DNA of 63,470 bases, counting the filler. It is 7 parts of 7 records of this genome, joined end to end, with 100 filler letters (N's around TTAATTAATTAA, not from the genome) between each part and the next. Parts side by side here need not be neighbours in the genome. Positions count along the whole stretch, not along the records: positions 38,392 to 43,463 come from DRR378314_1955; positions 43,564 to 49,398 come from DRR378314_1957; positions 49,499 to 58,311 come from DRR378314_1963; 4 more parts are not named here. One strand, written 5' to 3'. Shown piece by piece: positions 41,501-52,800 of the stretch. Under the pieces are notes generated by a model, which made no database searches, was not told where the DNA came from, and saw only the letters and a program-made list of their open reading frames with translations. Within the stretch, counting starts at the first letter, position 1; every line of letters starts with the position of its first letter. The translations under genes and the position numbers were made by a program.

Positions 41501-43257
41501 GACGACATCAACAAGCACGCAATGGAAGGAATGAGTATGATTGTAAACGACATCAAAGATCTTGAAAAGGCATTGCAGGAGAACAAGAAGCAAGCTGCAT
41601 TAGAGGACGAGCTGATGAAGGTGCGGCGTCGAGACGGCGGATTGCGCGCGGCGCGCGGATATGGCGTGGAGGCATTTTTTTCCGCATTGTGGGAGGCGCA
41701 CGCGGCCAATGATCTAGTTTTTTTTCCGATACTGCAGAAGCCGACTTCATGGTGTTGGGGTTTCCTGCAACAGCAAAGTATGGATAGGAGGAAGGTGATG
41801 GAGACATTGCATGCGCGTGTCTTCGCGGGCTGCGCCGGCTATGCGCTTGCTTGCATGCATGAAAGGCACTACTCTGTGCTGGTGTGCAATCGCGGGCGTT
41901 CGTGGGCGCAAAGGAGGATTGGTGTGCTTTTCAAGTTTCTTTCCAGTGCGTTCCTTCGGCAGAACGATTTCTTGAGGCAGATGCTTCTTGCGGCCACATG
42001 GCATGAGCGTGGGAAGGGTGTACCGTGATTGGGCTGTTTGGGAAATTGCACGGCGTGGGTACTGAGGCGTTTCGGGGACGGGACTGCACGGCATTGCAAT
42101 GTTCAGGGGATCCAAATGACGAACGAAGCGAGTGAAATGTCCGAGACTCTTCGCAAAGACGCGAAATTCGACGTTCGCGTTGGAGCCAACGACCGCGGCG
42201 AGAAGCAGGTGTTTGCCATTGCAACAGACAAGATCACTGGTACAGAAACAAAGATGCCGTTGGATGAATTTCAGGTGCGTGTCGTGGCGGGGGCGGGTGC
42301 GGGCGCGTCGCGCGCTGGGTCTCGCACGGGCGCCGCATTCCGGGCTGCCTCGGCTTGTGGTGCGCGCCGCAGGCATAGCCAGCACACTGTTTGTTACGTT
42401 TGTATCGTTCCGTGGCTCGGCGAGCGTAATTCGTTCAGCAGAGGTCACGGGGGAGGAGGTTTCCCCCATATGGCGCTGCACGTATGGCAAGCCGTATTTG
42501 CTGCCGTTGCGGATAACGTGCTACCGGCGGAGTTTCGCGGCAGCGACCCTTTTTTCTTTGGAGGAGAGAAGGACTGGGTACGCGTATATTCGTGTGATGC
42601 GTTAAACAATGGAAGGAAATCGGATTCTCTTTGACTATGGAGACCTTTTCCTTGTGCCCTCCCACTGCCACGTGCGCTCCCCCCTTCCGCTTACAGGAAA
42701 CGCTGTTTTCGATGCGTGAGTACTACATGGCCGTTGAGGAGAACGACGAAGAGTATCTGGCCGAGGTTTGTGGACTGTGCATTCCCGCGGGAGGCACTTC
42801 AACGCGAACAATTTCACGTGCCGAAAAGTGCATTTTCCCGGTTTGCTGTCGTGGCATTGCTCTCAAAAAGCGAGATGTTCTGTATAGGGAAAAGAAAATA
42901 GATGGTGGTTTCTTTCCTAGATTTTGTCTCTTCTTGTCGTTCCCGGGGGTTTGTGGATGCGAGAATGGCGGAAACACACCTCGCGGGAGTTGGATTTAGG
43001 TTATTATTATCATCATCATCACGATCTTTACTATTATCTTTATTATTATTACTCACACATATATATGGGTTTCGACGGCCGATGTCCGTCGTGTTTCACG
43101 ACGTTGCTGTCCATGCTTCTGGTTGTGCCGCTGTATGCCGCTTTTTGCGCAGCTGGATGGAAAGGACCCCTTCTCCTTTGGGGGGAGCTCACAGCACATC
43201 GGGTCGGCGCGCTTGATTCTCAAGGCTCTCGCGCACGGAATGCCGATTGACGTTGGC
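38512..43257 (+). CDS. Kinesin-3 family motor (neck, FHA domain and stalk exons; both ends truncated)
   Basis: Neck AKSIMNKATVNEDENTKIVNDLRREI; PHLVNLHEDP; FHA domain TTIG..DLRMQGLGMEKNHA..VFVNGKLV..LLHGDRVIFGNNQVFK; DYAYAMKEL; NEASEMSETL; LFSMREYY..DPF..HIGSARLILKAL. Confidence 0.9.
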
Positions 43258-43463
43258 GTACGTTGGTTCGCGTGCGCGCGCGCTCGAGCGACGATGTCGT
43301 GACATAGGAAACGAAGTGTACGCGGAAGAGATTGCTCCTTCAGCCCCAGCGCCTGCATGCTGTCACTTTTCGTAGCGATGTTGCAGGGACTCGTACCAAG
43401 GGCCCCAAGAAAGTTCGTCTCCAGAACCCGTTGTGTAGCGCTTTTTTCTCGTTGCGATGCAGT

Positions 43464-43563
43464 NNNNNNNNNNNNNNNNNNNNNNNNNNNNNNNNNNNNN
43501 NNNNNNNTTAATTAATTAANNNNNNNNNNNNNNNNNNNNNNNNNNNNNNNNNNNNNNNNNNNN
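43464..43563. other. Artificial contig linker
   Basis: N44-TTAATTAATTAA-N44. Confidence 0.98.
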
Positions 43564-44186
43564 CCGCGGAGAAGCAGACTTGGGTGATCCCACCCTCCGT
43601 GTTGTTTAGAGGACACGATACAAGTGGCTGGCACAGTTCGGAGGTAGCACGCGCCCAAGAGCGCCATCCGCGGAGGCGCGTGGTCAGTCAGTCTCCTTTC
43701 CCCTACCGTTAACCCCAAGATGTGGACACTTTGGTGCTTCGAGAAACATGAGCATCACAATATATGATCATCAGGCGGTTGGATGCTCGGCACCGTGCAG
43801 TCAACAAAGCATGCCAAGAGCGCGCAGCACGTTTATTGCATTTGCAACGATAGGACAGGTCCAGCTCTATACACACACACTGGAACTGTTTGCAGACGAT
43901 TGCGCCCATTCTCACAAACAGACACAGCAAATCGTACGCACGCAAAACCAATCGCACACCGGCGCGCGCGCACACACACAAACACACCCATGCGCGTTCA
44001 GACGCGAAAGCTCAGCAACAGTGCCATCCACCATTGCACGCAATGTACCCCGGACAAGCCTCGCAGGAACAAGAGCGCGGCAGCGAAAACTGGCCCATCG
44101 CTGTCGCCCTTCTGCCCGCGGCGCCTTTCCACCATATCAAAACAAACTGCGGCACGTAGCACCGCCACCCCATGCAAGCTGTACAA

Positions 44187-47100
44187 TTAAGACACGGCAA
44201 CACCCGGAACACTATTGTTCACGTCGATGGCAACGTTTGAAAGAAGAATCGTCGAAACTTCGAACACGTCTGTAGTTCCGGCGCTTCCAGGAATCTCGAC
44301 ACCGGTGAGCGACAGCGTGACCGTCGACCCGGCTGGAATGTCAGCACCGTTTCCAGCGCGCACAACGTTGGCGTTTGATGCAACAAAGCTCGTCACTGCA
44401 GCCGTACCTGTGGAGACAGTCGCTCCACCGCTGACGGCAGCAAGGGCCACACCAGTGAACGACGGTTGCAGCGAAAAGCCAGGCGGGAATCCGACAATAA
44501 TGCGCGAGCTCGCCGGAACTGGATTTGTGACATTGAAAGTAAACGTAACCGTCGTGTTCGCACCGCGCGTGCTGTTTGCCAGCGCCACAGCGCCAGCACC
44601 CACAGCGATGTTACCCGCAGACACCGACGCGACTGTCCCAGATCCTTCGTCAATGAGCGCATTGCCCGAAACATCAGACTGAGTTTGCACTGTGAACGTG
44701 CCAGCCGTTCCGGATACCTGAGGAAGGCGAACATGCGATAGGATAAGTTCAACAGATGCGCTGCTCGCAATCGCCGTCGATGCTCCTGTGCGCTCGACAA
44801 CAATCACCGCATTGCTCCCGCTCGTTGCGTTTGGCTGCGACACGCTCACAACGCTCAGCGCGCCATCGGCGACAGTTTCGTTGGCAAACCACGCCTGCGT
44901 TGTCGCGCCGTTGTTCCACACGTACGAGCGCGTCCCATCGTTTGGAAGCTCGACACGCAACCGCCCTCCACGCGGCACAGGATTAAACGTGGTGAACGAG
45001 ACCGTCACGTTGGTGTCCGCGCCCGCAGTCGCGCTGCCGGACGCGTATGCCAGCGAGACGGACGACAGTGCGTTCGTGACGATCGCGTCGACGGGCACCG
45101 TAGTATTCTCATCGATAACAAACCCATCGGATCGCCCTGCTTGCAAAGTGGCAGAATGCGACGAAATCGACAGCTCTGGATTCCTGACATGGCTCAGCGC
45201 AAACCGCACCACCGTGCCCGGATTAATCGAGATGCCGGTGCCGTCCATCGCAACAACCACGGTGTTGTTGGTAATCGTTTCCGCAACGAGAAGACCGCCA
45301 TTAATCGTGCCCGCGACAATCGAAGGTGCAGTCGTTCCTCCAACGTTGAACGCAAATCCGTCGGGGAAAACTATGCGGAAGCGCGAGGTCGACGGAAGAC
45401 CGTTCTGGTTTCGGAACTCGATCTCCACCGAGCCAACCGCGCCGGCCTTGGCCGTCCCGCCAGACAGCACCGGCCGGATGCTCGTGCCCGTAAGCGCGCC
45501 AGCCGGATCACGCACAGACAACGCCGCGAGAACCACCTGATTGATGTCGGCCGTGCCGCCGGGAGCCTTCGTTGTCACAGTGATCGTGCCCGTCGACGTC
45601 GGCTGGCTGTCAAAGTCGCCCGGTCCAGGCGGTGTCACAGTATCGGAAAACACAAACCACGCTGTCGAGTCCGCGGCGATTCCGCTGGGCGCGCGTACGG
45701 TCACAAGACCTGCCGCCGTCGTCGTCAGCGACGTGGCGCCAAAGTTGGAGCTTGACACGCCCGCCGAACCCGTCGCGTTAAAGTTCCACCCAGCCAGAGC
45801 AATAAACTGCACCGTGACAAAGCCATTGCTGGGAACCGTGTGGTTCGTAGTCACCGTGACGTTGATGCCGTCATTCTGCCCGCCAATCACGAGTCCTTGC
45901 AACGTCGGGGGCTCCACCGACGTCGGCGTCCCCATGGGCGACACGGTAATGGTAGTGCCAGCCACATCCGTGCGCTCGTCGATGCGTGCGCCAGAGGAAG
46001 TCTCCGTGGCAAACTCAGCCGTCCCGGTGGCCCCCGTCTGGCCCGGATTCGCCGGCCCTGTGACCTGGAGCTCCACAATCGTGCCCGCTGCCACACTTGC
46101 GCCACTTGTGCGCGTAAGCGTCAGCGTCTGCCCGCTAACGGCGGCAGAAAGCGATCCGACAAGCCCGCTGACAATCGAAGCAGATGGCGATGACGACGCG
46201 AGGTCAAAGCCAGCAGGGTAGACAACCAGAATCTTTCCGCCTGCTGGGACGCCATTCGTCGCCGTGAAGCGAACGGTAGAAACCGCCTGCGCCCCAACGC
46301 GCGCGTCGCTCAGCGACAGCGACGCAACGGTGAGGTTCCCGGGAGTGATTGCTATCGCGCCGGCAGACTCGTCCTCCTCAATGCACGTATCGCTCGCCGA
46401 TGCGACTTCCAGCACAAAGTCGCCTGCGGAGCCTGCAACACGCGGATTCCGAACACCCCCAATCACAAGGTGCACTGCATCGCCTGCGGAGAGCGCGCTC
46501 GCGCCGGACCCGCGCGACACCGTGACAAGCTGGCCCGACGCGGACGCGCTCAGGGCGCCGCTCACCGCGGACGATGACGCTGTCAGCGAGCCAGACACGT
46601 CAAAGCCGGACGGGAACGTGATCTTGAACTTGGCATCCACAGGAATCGTATTTGCTGCCGTGTATGAAATATTGACGCTGCCAATCTCGCCGGCTTGCGC
46701 CGACCCGGTGAGCGCCACCGACGCCGACACGCCGACGCACGTCACCGGAGCCGAGCTGTTCGATCCAGCGTCAACGCGCGTGTAGGTGCCGGCGGCTGCG
46801 CACGTCGCATTCGCATCGCTTGCACACGTGCCAACCGTAACATCTAGCCAGTCGCTCGGCGCCGACGCGCCCTCATCCTGGTCAGCCCCAATATACGTGT
46901 AGAAGCTAGCCGCCCCAAGCGTCCACGCAGCAGACAGCGAGCCGCACGCTGGCACGTCAAACATAATCGCCTGCTCGTTGATCGTCACCGACACGTTGTA
47001 CAGTCTGTTCGCCGGACAGGAAAGAGACGGCCCTTCATTTGCCGTATATATCACCATACTGTTGCAGTTCCATGCTACGCGCACGACACCCGCGGTGCGC

Positions 47101-49397
47101 GCCCAGTTCCACACCTCCGACGTCGATGCGGAGAAGTACATAAAGTGATCACTGCACGTGTGCGTCTTGTTCGCCTGTGCCCGGATGTCCAGACTGGCGC
47201 CGCTGCCCACACTGTACGTTGCCGACGTTCGCGCCGCAATCTTGCCGTTTGCATCGCCCGAGAAGCGCAGGCGCGTGCCGGAAAAGTCCTCGGTGACCTG
47301 CCCGCTCACAAGCGACGCGCTTGTCAAAACGGCCTCGCCGGTCTTGTTCGCACCGCAGCAGATCGGCGGGCCCGCGCTCGATTCTGGGGAGAGGAACTGC
47401 TCCGTCTCCACGTCAAACGTACCAGATGGAACACCAAGTACCCCCGGATTCCGCACGTTGTCCACTTGGAGCGTCGTCATCGTGCCAGACGGTACCGGTG
47501 CGAGGCCCGAGCGCACAACCGTGAGTTGCACACGGCCACCGGACTCGGCAACCGATCCGGTTCCAATATTGCTCGTCGACGCTCCGCTGTTGAACGCAAG
47601 CGTCCCGGCGGCGCTAAACGCAGACGGGAACTTCACAACAACGCGCCCGTTCGCAGGGATAGGATTGGTGTTGTTAAATTCGATGCGAACGCTAGACGCC
47701 TGCCCAGTCCCCGAAGGCGCGAGCGTCGTAACAATCAGCGGAATCGAGCCAGGAGTGATCGTGAGTGGCGAGCCAGTGCCTTGGTCAATCGCGCGCGAGC
47801 CATTAAACGATGCCACGGAGAACCCGGTACTCGTAGTAACCGAGAACCCAGGATTCTTCACCACGCCCGCAACAGTGAAGTTCACACGAGTACCCGCCGC
47901 CACAGCAGCGCCTCCTGTTCGCACAAGCGTGATTGTCTGCGACGACGTCGACACGGTTGCGGGCACAACATCACCGCCGACCGTACCAATCGCAGTTCCA
48001 GTCGCGTTCACCTGGAACTGCGAAGGCGCAACCACCTCGATCCGCGCGCCACCGGCCGGCAGTGGGTTCGCCAGCACAACGCTTATCTGCAAAACAGGTT
48101 CTGCGCTCGCACGATAATCCGACAGCGCAACCTCGGTCGCTGAAAAAGCGTTTGCAGTCAGCCCAGGCAGGTCCGCAGTGCTTTCTTCAATCGCTACCGC
48201 AGTGCTGCCCGCGCCTGACTGCGTTCGTACAGTAGCAGTCGGCGACGGGACGACCTCCTTCGCATTCACAACACCATCCAAGCGCAGCGACACCAAAGTC
48301 CCAGCAGCGATCGCCGACCCGTCACCTTGGCGTGGAACAACAACCGCCGTAGCGCCGTCCGCTGCCACTGCGCCCAGCGACCCAGAAATCCCCGACAGCG
48401 CAACTGCCGTCACAGAGCCCAGGGAATACTCGCTGGGAAGCGCGATTCGGAACGCCCCGCCAGCAGGAACTGAATTGTTTCCAAGTGTAAATGTAAACGT
48501 GTACTGCGCATTCGCGCCCGTGGCCGTTGTCGGCGAAGACGTCGTCAGCGATGCAAACGGCGCCGCACTAATCATCAATCCATCGGCGCTGCCCGTATCG
48601 ATCTCCCGGTCTCCAGCTGCATTCAGAGAGACAATGCTTGTATTCGCAGTCTTCTCGGCTGTCCCAGGGTACATAAAGTTCGACACGTCAAGCGTTACGC
48701 TCGTGCCTTCCGAGATGCCACTGGCATAGGTCGCAGTAAGCACAATCTGCGATCCGCCGGACGTGGCATTCGTAACCGACGATGCGGACGGCGATCCGCC
48801 CACAATGCTTGCGCCGGATGCGCCAGCAGCGAACGAAAACGCAGATGGTAGAGTAATTCGTACTTTCCCATTCGTAGGAACCGCCGCCCGTGGAACAAAC
48901 GTAAACCGCAGTGCCCCTGTGCGCCCAGTCAGTGCACTAGCAACTGTAGCGACCTGTGGATCGTTGCTGAAAGAACCTGCAACCAGTGCAACACCGCTCG
49001 CAGAACCAGTATCGATATCATCGTTGCTGGTCGTCTCCGTTTCAACCGAGAAGTTCCCGGTCACTCCTGATACACCAGCAGTTATGATTCCGCCAATCCG
49101 CACAGTAAACGCTGAAGAAATCGGCGAGCCACCCGAGCGCGTCAGCGTCACAGAGCTTGCACTGCCACTCACACTCAGCGACCCTGACCCTCCCGCAACA
49201 AAGCCAGCTGACGAAGCACCACTTCCACTGAAACCGCTCGGGAACACAACGCGAAGCTTCCCGTTCGCCGGCCAGGAATTCAGTGGACTCACTACAACAT
49301 CAACTGTCGTCGATACTGACGTCCGAACATCGCCGAGCGAAACAGATGCACTAAGCGAGCCTGCCGAAATCGTCACAGCACCTGCCTCGCCCTCGTC
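44187..49397 (-). CDS. Giant Ser/Thr/Gly/Ala/Val-rich protein of tandem ~140-aa beta-sandwich-like modules (5' truncated); probable surface or secreted glycoprotein
   Basis: Frame is open from the contig edge for >1,730 codons. It has 11 modules with consensus F...NP(I/V)P..G.I.V.FP.GF...V.NP...G..G.F.V.T...ID and many N-X-S/T sequons. Confidence 0.85.
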   Translation of the reverse strand, partial: DEGEAGAVTISAGSLSASVSLGDVRTSVSTTVDVVVSPLNSWPANGKLRVVFPSGFSGSGASSAGFVAGGSGSLSVSGSASSVTLTRSGGSPISSAFTVRIGGIITAGVSGVTGNFSVETETTSNDDIDTGSASGVALVAGSFSNDPQVATVASALTGRTGALRFTFVPRAAVPTNGKVRITLPSAFSFAAGASGASIVGGSPSASSVTNATSGGSQIVLTATYASGISEGTSVTLDVSNFMYPGTAEKTANTSIVSLNAAGDREIDTGSADGLMISAAPFASLTTSSPTTATGANAQYTFTFTLGNNSVPAGGAFRIALPSEYSLGSVTAVALSGISGSLGAVAADGATAVVVPRQGDGSAIAAGTLVSLRLDGVVNAKEVVPSPTATVRTQSGAGSTAVAIEESTADLPGLTANAFSATEVALSDYRASAEPVLQISVVLANPLPAGGARIEVVAPSQFQVNATGTAIGTVGGDVVPATVSTSSQTITLVRTGGAAVAAGTRVNFTVAGVVKNPGFSVTTSTGFSVASFNGSRAIDQGTGSPLTITPGSIPLIVTTLAPSGTGQASSVRIEFNNTNPIPANGRVVVKFPSAFSAAGTLAFNSGASTSNIGTGSVAESGGRVQLTVVRSGLAPVPSGTMTTLQVDNVRNPGVLGVPSGTFDVETEQFLSPESSAGPPICCGANKTGEAVLTSASLVSGQVTEDFSGTRLRFSGDANGKIAARTSATYSVGSGASLDIRAQANKTHTCSDHFMYFSASTSEVWNWARTAGVVRVAWNCNSMVIYTANEGPSLSCPANRLYNVSVTINEQAIMFDVPACGSLSAAWTLGAASFYTYIGADQDEGASAPSDWLDVTVGTCASDANATCAAAGTYTRVDAGSNSSAPVTCVGVSASVALTGSAQAGEIGSVNISYTAANTIPVDAKFKITFPSGFDVSGSLTASSSAVSGALSASASGQLVTVSRGSGASALSAGDAVHLVIGGVRNPRVAGSAGDFVLEVASASDTCIEEDESAGAIAITPGNLTVASLSLSDARVGAQAVSTVRFTATNGVPAGGKILVVYPAGFDLASSSPSASIVSGLVGSLSAAVSGQTLTLTRTSGASVAAGTIVELQVTGPANPGQTGATGTAEFATETSSGARIDERTDVAGTTITVSPMGTPTSVEPPTLQGLVIGGQNDGINVTVTTNHTVPSNGFVTVQFIALAGWNFNATGSAGVSSSNFGATSLTTTAAGLVTVRAPSGIAADSTAWFVFSDTVTPPGPGDFDSQPTSTGTITVTTKAPGGTADINQVVLAALSVRDPAGALTGTSIRPVLSGGTAKAGAVGSVEIEFRNQNGLPSTSRFRIVFPDGFAFNVGGTTAPSIVAGTINGGLLVAETITNNTVVVAMDGTGISINPGTVVRFALSHVRNPELSISSHSATLQAGRSDGFVIDENTTVPVDAIVTNALSSVSLAYASGSATAGADTNVTVSFTTFNPVPRGGRLRVELPNDGTRSYVWNNGATTQAWFANETVADGALSVVSVSQPNATSGSNAVIVVERTGASTAIASSASVELILSHVRLPQVSGTAGTFTVQTQSDVSGNALIDEGSGTVASVSAGNIAVGAGAVALANSTRGANTTVTFTFNVTNPVPASSRIIVGFPPGFSLQPSFTGVALAAVSGGATVSTGTAAVTSFVASNANVVRAGNGADIPAGSTVTLSLTGVEIPGSAGTTDVFEVSTILLSNVAIDVNNSVPGVAVS

Positions 49398-49398
49398 A

Positions 49399-49498
49399 NN
49401 NNNNNNNNNNNNNNNNNNNNNNNNNNNNNNNNNNNNNNNNNNTTAATTAATTAANNNNNNNNNNNNNNNNNNNNNNNNNNNNNNNNNNNNNNNNNNNN
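49399..49498. other. Artificial contig linker
   Basis: N44-TTAATTAATTAA-N44. Confidence 0.98.
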
Positions 49499-49855
49499 TT
49501 TTGCCCAGCGTGAAACCGGAGCAGGCCCTGTTTGCGGAAAAAGTGCTGCGACGTCCGGTCACGTTGCTCGGATTTTCTGGTAACCATGGTCCGTTGCATG
49601 TTTTGCGCTGCGCTTCTCGTGCGCCCAAGGGCTTGCATATACCGTGCTCCACTGTTTCCATTTGCACGAAGATCTGCTGTGATACTAGCTTGATTTCATT
49701 TCGTGGAACGTAGCGCGCAGTTTGTGTGTGAGTATGTGTGGTTGGCAGCAGTGTTGCCCTGGTGACCGCGGTCGACTGTTCTCCCGCCGGCTGCGCTCCG
49801 CGTTCGCATTCCTCACTTGGCGGCGACCTCGGATGCATATCGCTCCCTCTTGCAG

Positions 49856-52800
49856 AGTTCTCGCATGCGCCGTAGCAGTTCCGGTCGCGGACTTTCTGGG
49901 CCTGTGTCGCCTCGAGGAAATGCTCCCCCTCCGGCTCTTCTTCGGAGGCGCTCCAGCGGCTCGCTCCGAGCAAAGCGCCGAAGCTACACCGAGCCGCGGA
50001 AGGTCCTGAGTGAAAGTCAGATGAATACCATGCGAAAGTACGTGCACGATCTGCGCTCTGCAACTTTCTGCGCAGATGTGCACGTGGTTGCGTGAAAATG
50101 CGGTATTGCCGCTAGTTTGCGAGTTTTCTTTGTTGCTACCGTGGTGGTCCTATGCTGCCATTGCACCTGTTAATGCAGAGAATATGGCCCGTACCCCGCA
50201 GCTTTCTCACTGCAAACACCTGCGTGATGCTCGTTGTGTACCACAGGATTTTCAAGTGGATGGATTTGGACAACGACAATTCTGTCTCCAAAATCGATCT
50301 CCGGGGACATGTGTACCGTTTAGGGGAGGGAGAGGTACGTGATAACGGTAGAATTGGACGTAGACCTCGCGCTCATGTTGGTCAAGTTCCGAAGACGTTC
50401 TCGTTGACAGATATAAGGATGTGGCTACCCAGTGCGCTCGCGTTTTCCATCCTTCTATATTTGGGCCATGCGTAGTAACATCTGCGCCCGTGTCCTCTGT
50501 TGCGCGTAGATTACGGAGGAAGACATTGAAGACATGGTTATCGACATGCCAGACGACAACGTTGTGGAAAAAAGCGCAGTTGATCTCAACAAGTCGCGCA
50601 TCAATACCAACATGGCCGAACGAGCAATGCGCAAGATGAATCGTGCCAGTCAGGTATCAGTGACTGGGTACATCAAGTTCGAGATTTTCCTGCAGGCTGC
50701 TGCACCGTTGTTTGGCAGCAATCCGGATGTGTTCCGAAACTTTCAGAAAGTGCAGCACATTCCGCGCGACACAAGGGCAGAGTGGGGCTTCACGTACTCG
50801 AATCGCTCCGGCGCATCGCTGCGTCGCGCCTTTGACTTTGCGACGGCAGAAGATGAAGCGGTACGTGCATCGATCGGGGGTTTTGGATGCTGTATATTCT
50901 GGGCGCCGCTTGCAGAGCAGGTTCCATCGTCATCCTTTGCATTAGTCGTATTCGCTGCGAAAAGCGTGTGCGTGCTGGATAGGGAAGGAGGGGAAGCTGC
51001 GTCTGTTCTGTTGTGTTTCTTTCCTGCGCTCTGTCCCCTCCTTGGTATCCCAGTCCAAAACCGTGCATTTTTTTGTCTGACGCTTCCCCATACGATGCAC
51101 AATGGAGATGCTGTGGTCGATTAAGAGATTTTCTCGCTGTTAATGCTGATATTGTGCCCTTGGTGTAACTGTTTCGACCTTAGAATGCGTCGCAAGATGA
51201 TCGAGACGAAGATGCGAAGCTGTTCCAGAGAAAATACGATGCACCGGAGCGTCCAGACCTCGCTGTCGCCCCGGAGGTACGTTAACTAGCCTCTTCGGGG
51301 CACATGGACCTCGAGCGGTGGCTCCTGGGACTTTGCGCGCATGATAATGTGATCGGAGTGAAAATCGTCTCGTTGCTGTGCCGTCAGTTGAATGGCGAGT
51401 GCGCGATCCCCCTGTCGTGCTGCTCTCATGCGAACGGCACGTTGCAGTCCGCTTTGGCCCGCACATTGGAACGCACATACGCGCACACCTAACGCGCAGT
51501 GCCGGCTCCCACTCACATTCTTGAACAGGGGAATCTCCCAAGTATATCGGATGTCGATTTGTCGGACGACTTTTCCGCCGCCGATGACGCCGCCGAAGAG
51601 AGCGTCGGCGGCGACGACAGCGAGGGAGGCAGCAGGCGCGGCAGCGTCATAGTGTACGTTACGCTACCGTACACGACTATATTTCTCCCCTTGACTCTCC
51701 TGGCGAAACGCGATCGCTTGACCGCCCAGACCGTATTCCTGGTATACGCAAGCGAGTATTAGTACCTTTCCGTGGGATTGTCCCCTGCTTCTCGTCGACA
51801 CGAGAGCAATACTTCGCTGTGGGGAGCGTGTCCTTTCGTGCTTGGAACGCGGATGTATGGAACTCTCTGGCCATTTTGCTCCAGGAGCGAGTGCCCCTCA
51901 TATCTGGTCGAGGTGCACAAGGATCAGACGAGGTGAAGGCAAAGAGAAAGACCAATCATGGAGCCCTTGTCATTTCGTACGCGCATCTGTGGTGTGCTCC
52001 TGTGGGTATTCTGTGTAGGGACGGTGGAAAGTGGCGTGAGATTGTGACGACACTCCGTGGAAATGCTGACAAAGTCGCCGCTTTCGAATCGAAGACGACG
52101 GAGCATCTGCGCCAGATCGAAAAAGTCCTCAACGTGAGCAGCCGATTTGCAAAGGCGGATACAGACGGAAAGAAGGTGCGAAGACCCGAGCTCGGTCGAA
52201 GTGTGATACATGGATGTGTATGCTGCTAAGCTGCGTCGCGTGCGGTGGGCACGATTCCTCGCCGTCGGCGGCACCACTGCAGATCCGCATGTGCAGCGCG
52301 CGTGACCGCGACTATCCGGTATCCAGTTTCTCATGCACCTTGTGCCAATGGGACGGACTGCGTTGTTCCGGATGGTCGCATTTCACCGCACAGGTAACGG
52401 AAAAAAAGCGCATGCAAGAAAAGGCTGCACGAATGATTCTCGTACTTACCGAGATGCTGGGGGAGTTCCGGAGCACCAGCACGTCGCTGGCCGCTGTCCT
52501 GGCGGAAGAGCTCAAAAGATACGAGAAAAAGTGCAACGAGCTTGAGTACCAGATCGAGTACAGCCCGCGGGTACGTCGAGAATTCCGATTCGTCTCAAAA
52601 CTCTGCCCTATCCATCCATTTCTTGCATTATTTTTTTTGCGCGTGTGTGCGGCGTTCTCGTCTGTTATTGTGCAAGGCTTAGGCGCACAACGCTCGCTGT
52701 GTGGATCGGGACAGGCGGCGTATTTGGCTGTTGTTGTTGTTGTTGTTTTTGCGTCACTTTCCGTTGCTGTTCTTCGCTTTGCTTTGGCTTCGACTGTCAC

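Noticed and set aside
44215..49446. Many 150-330-aa plus-strand ORFs opposite the giant ORF
   Set aside because: They are antisense shadows of Ser/Thr/Val/Ala-rich coding sequence.
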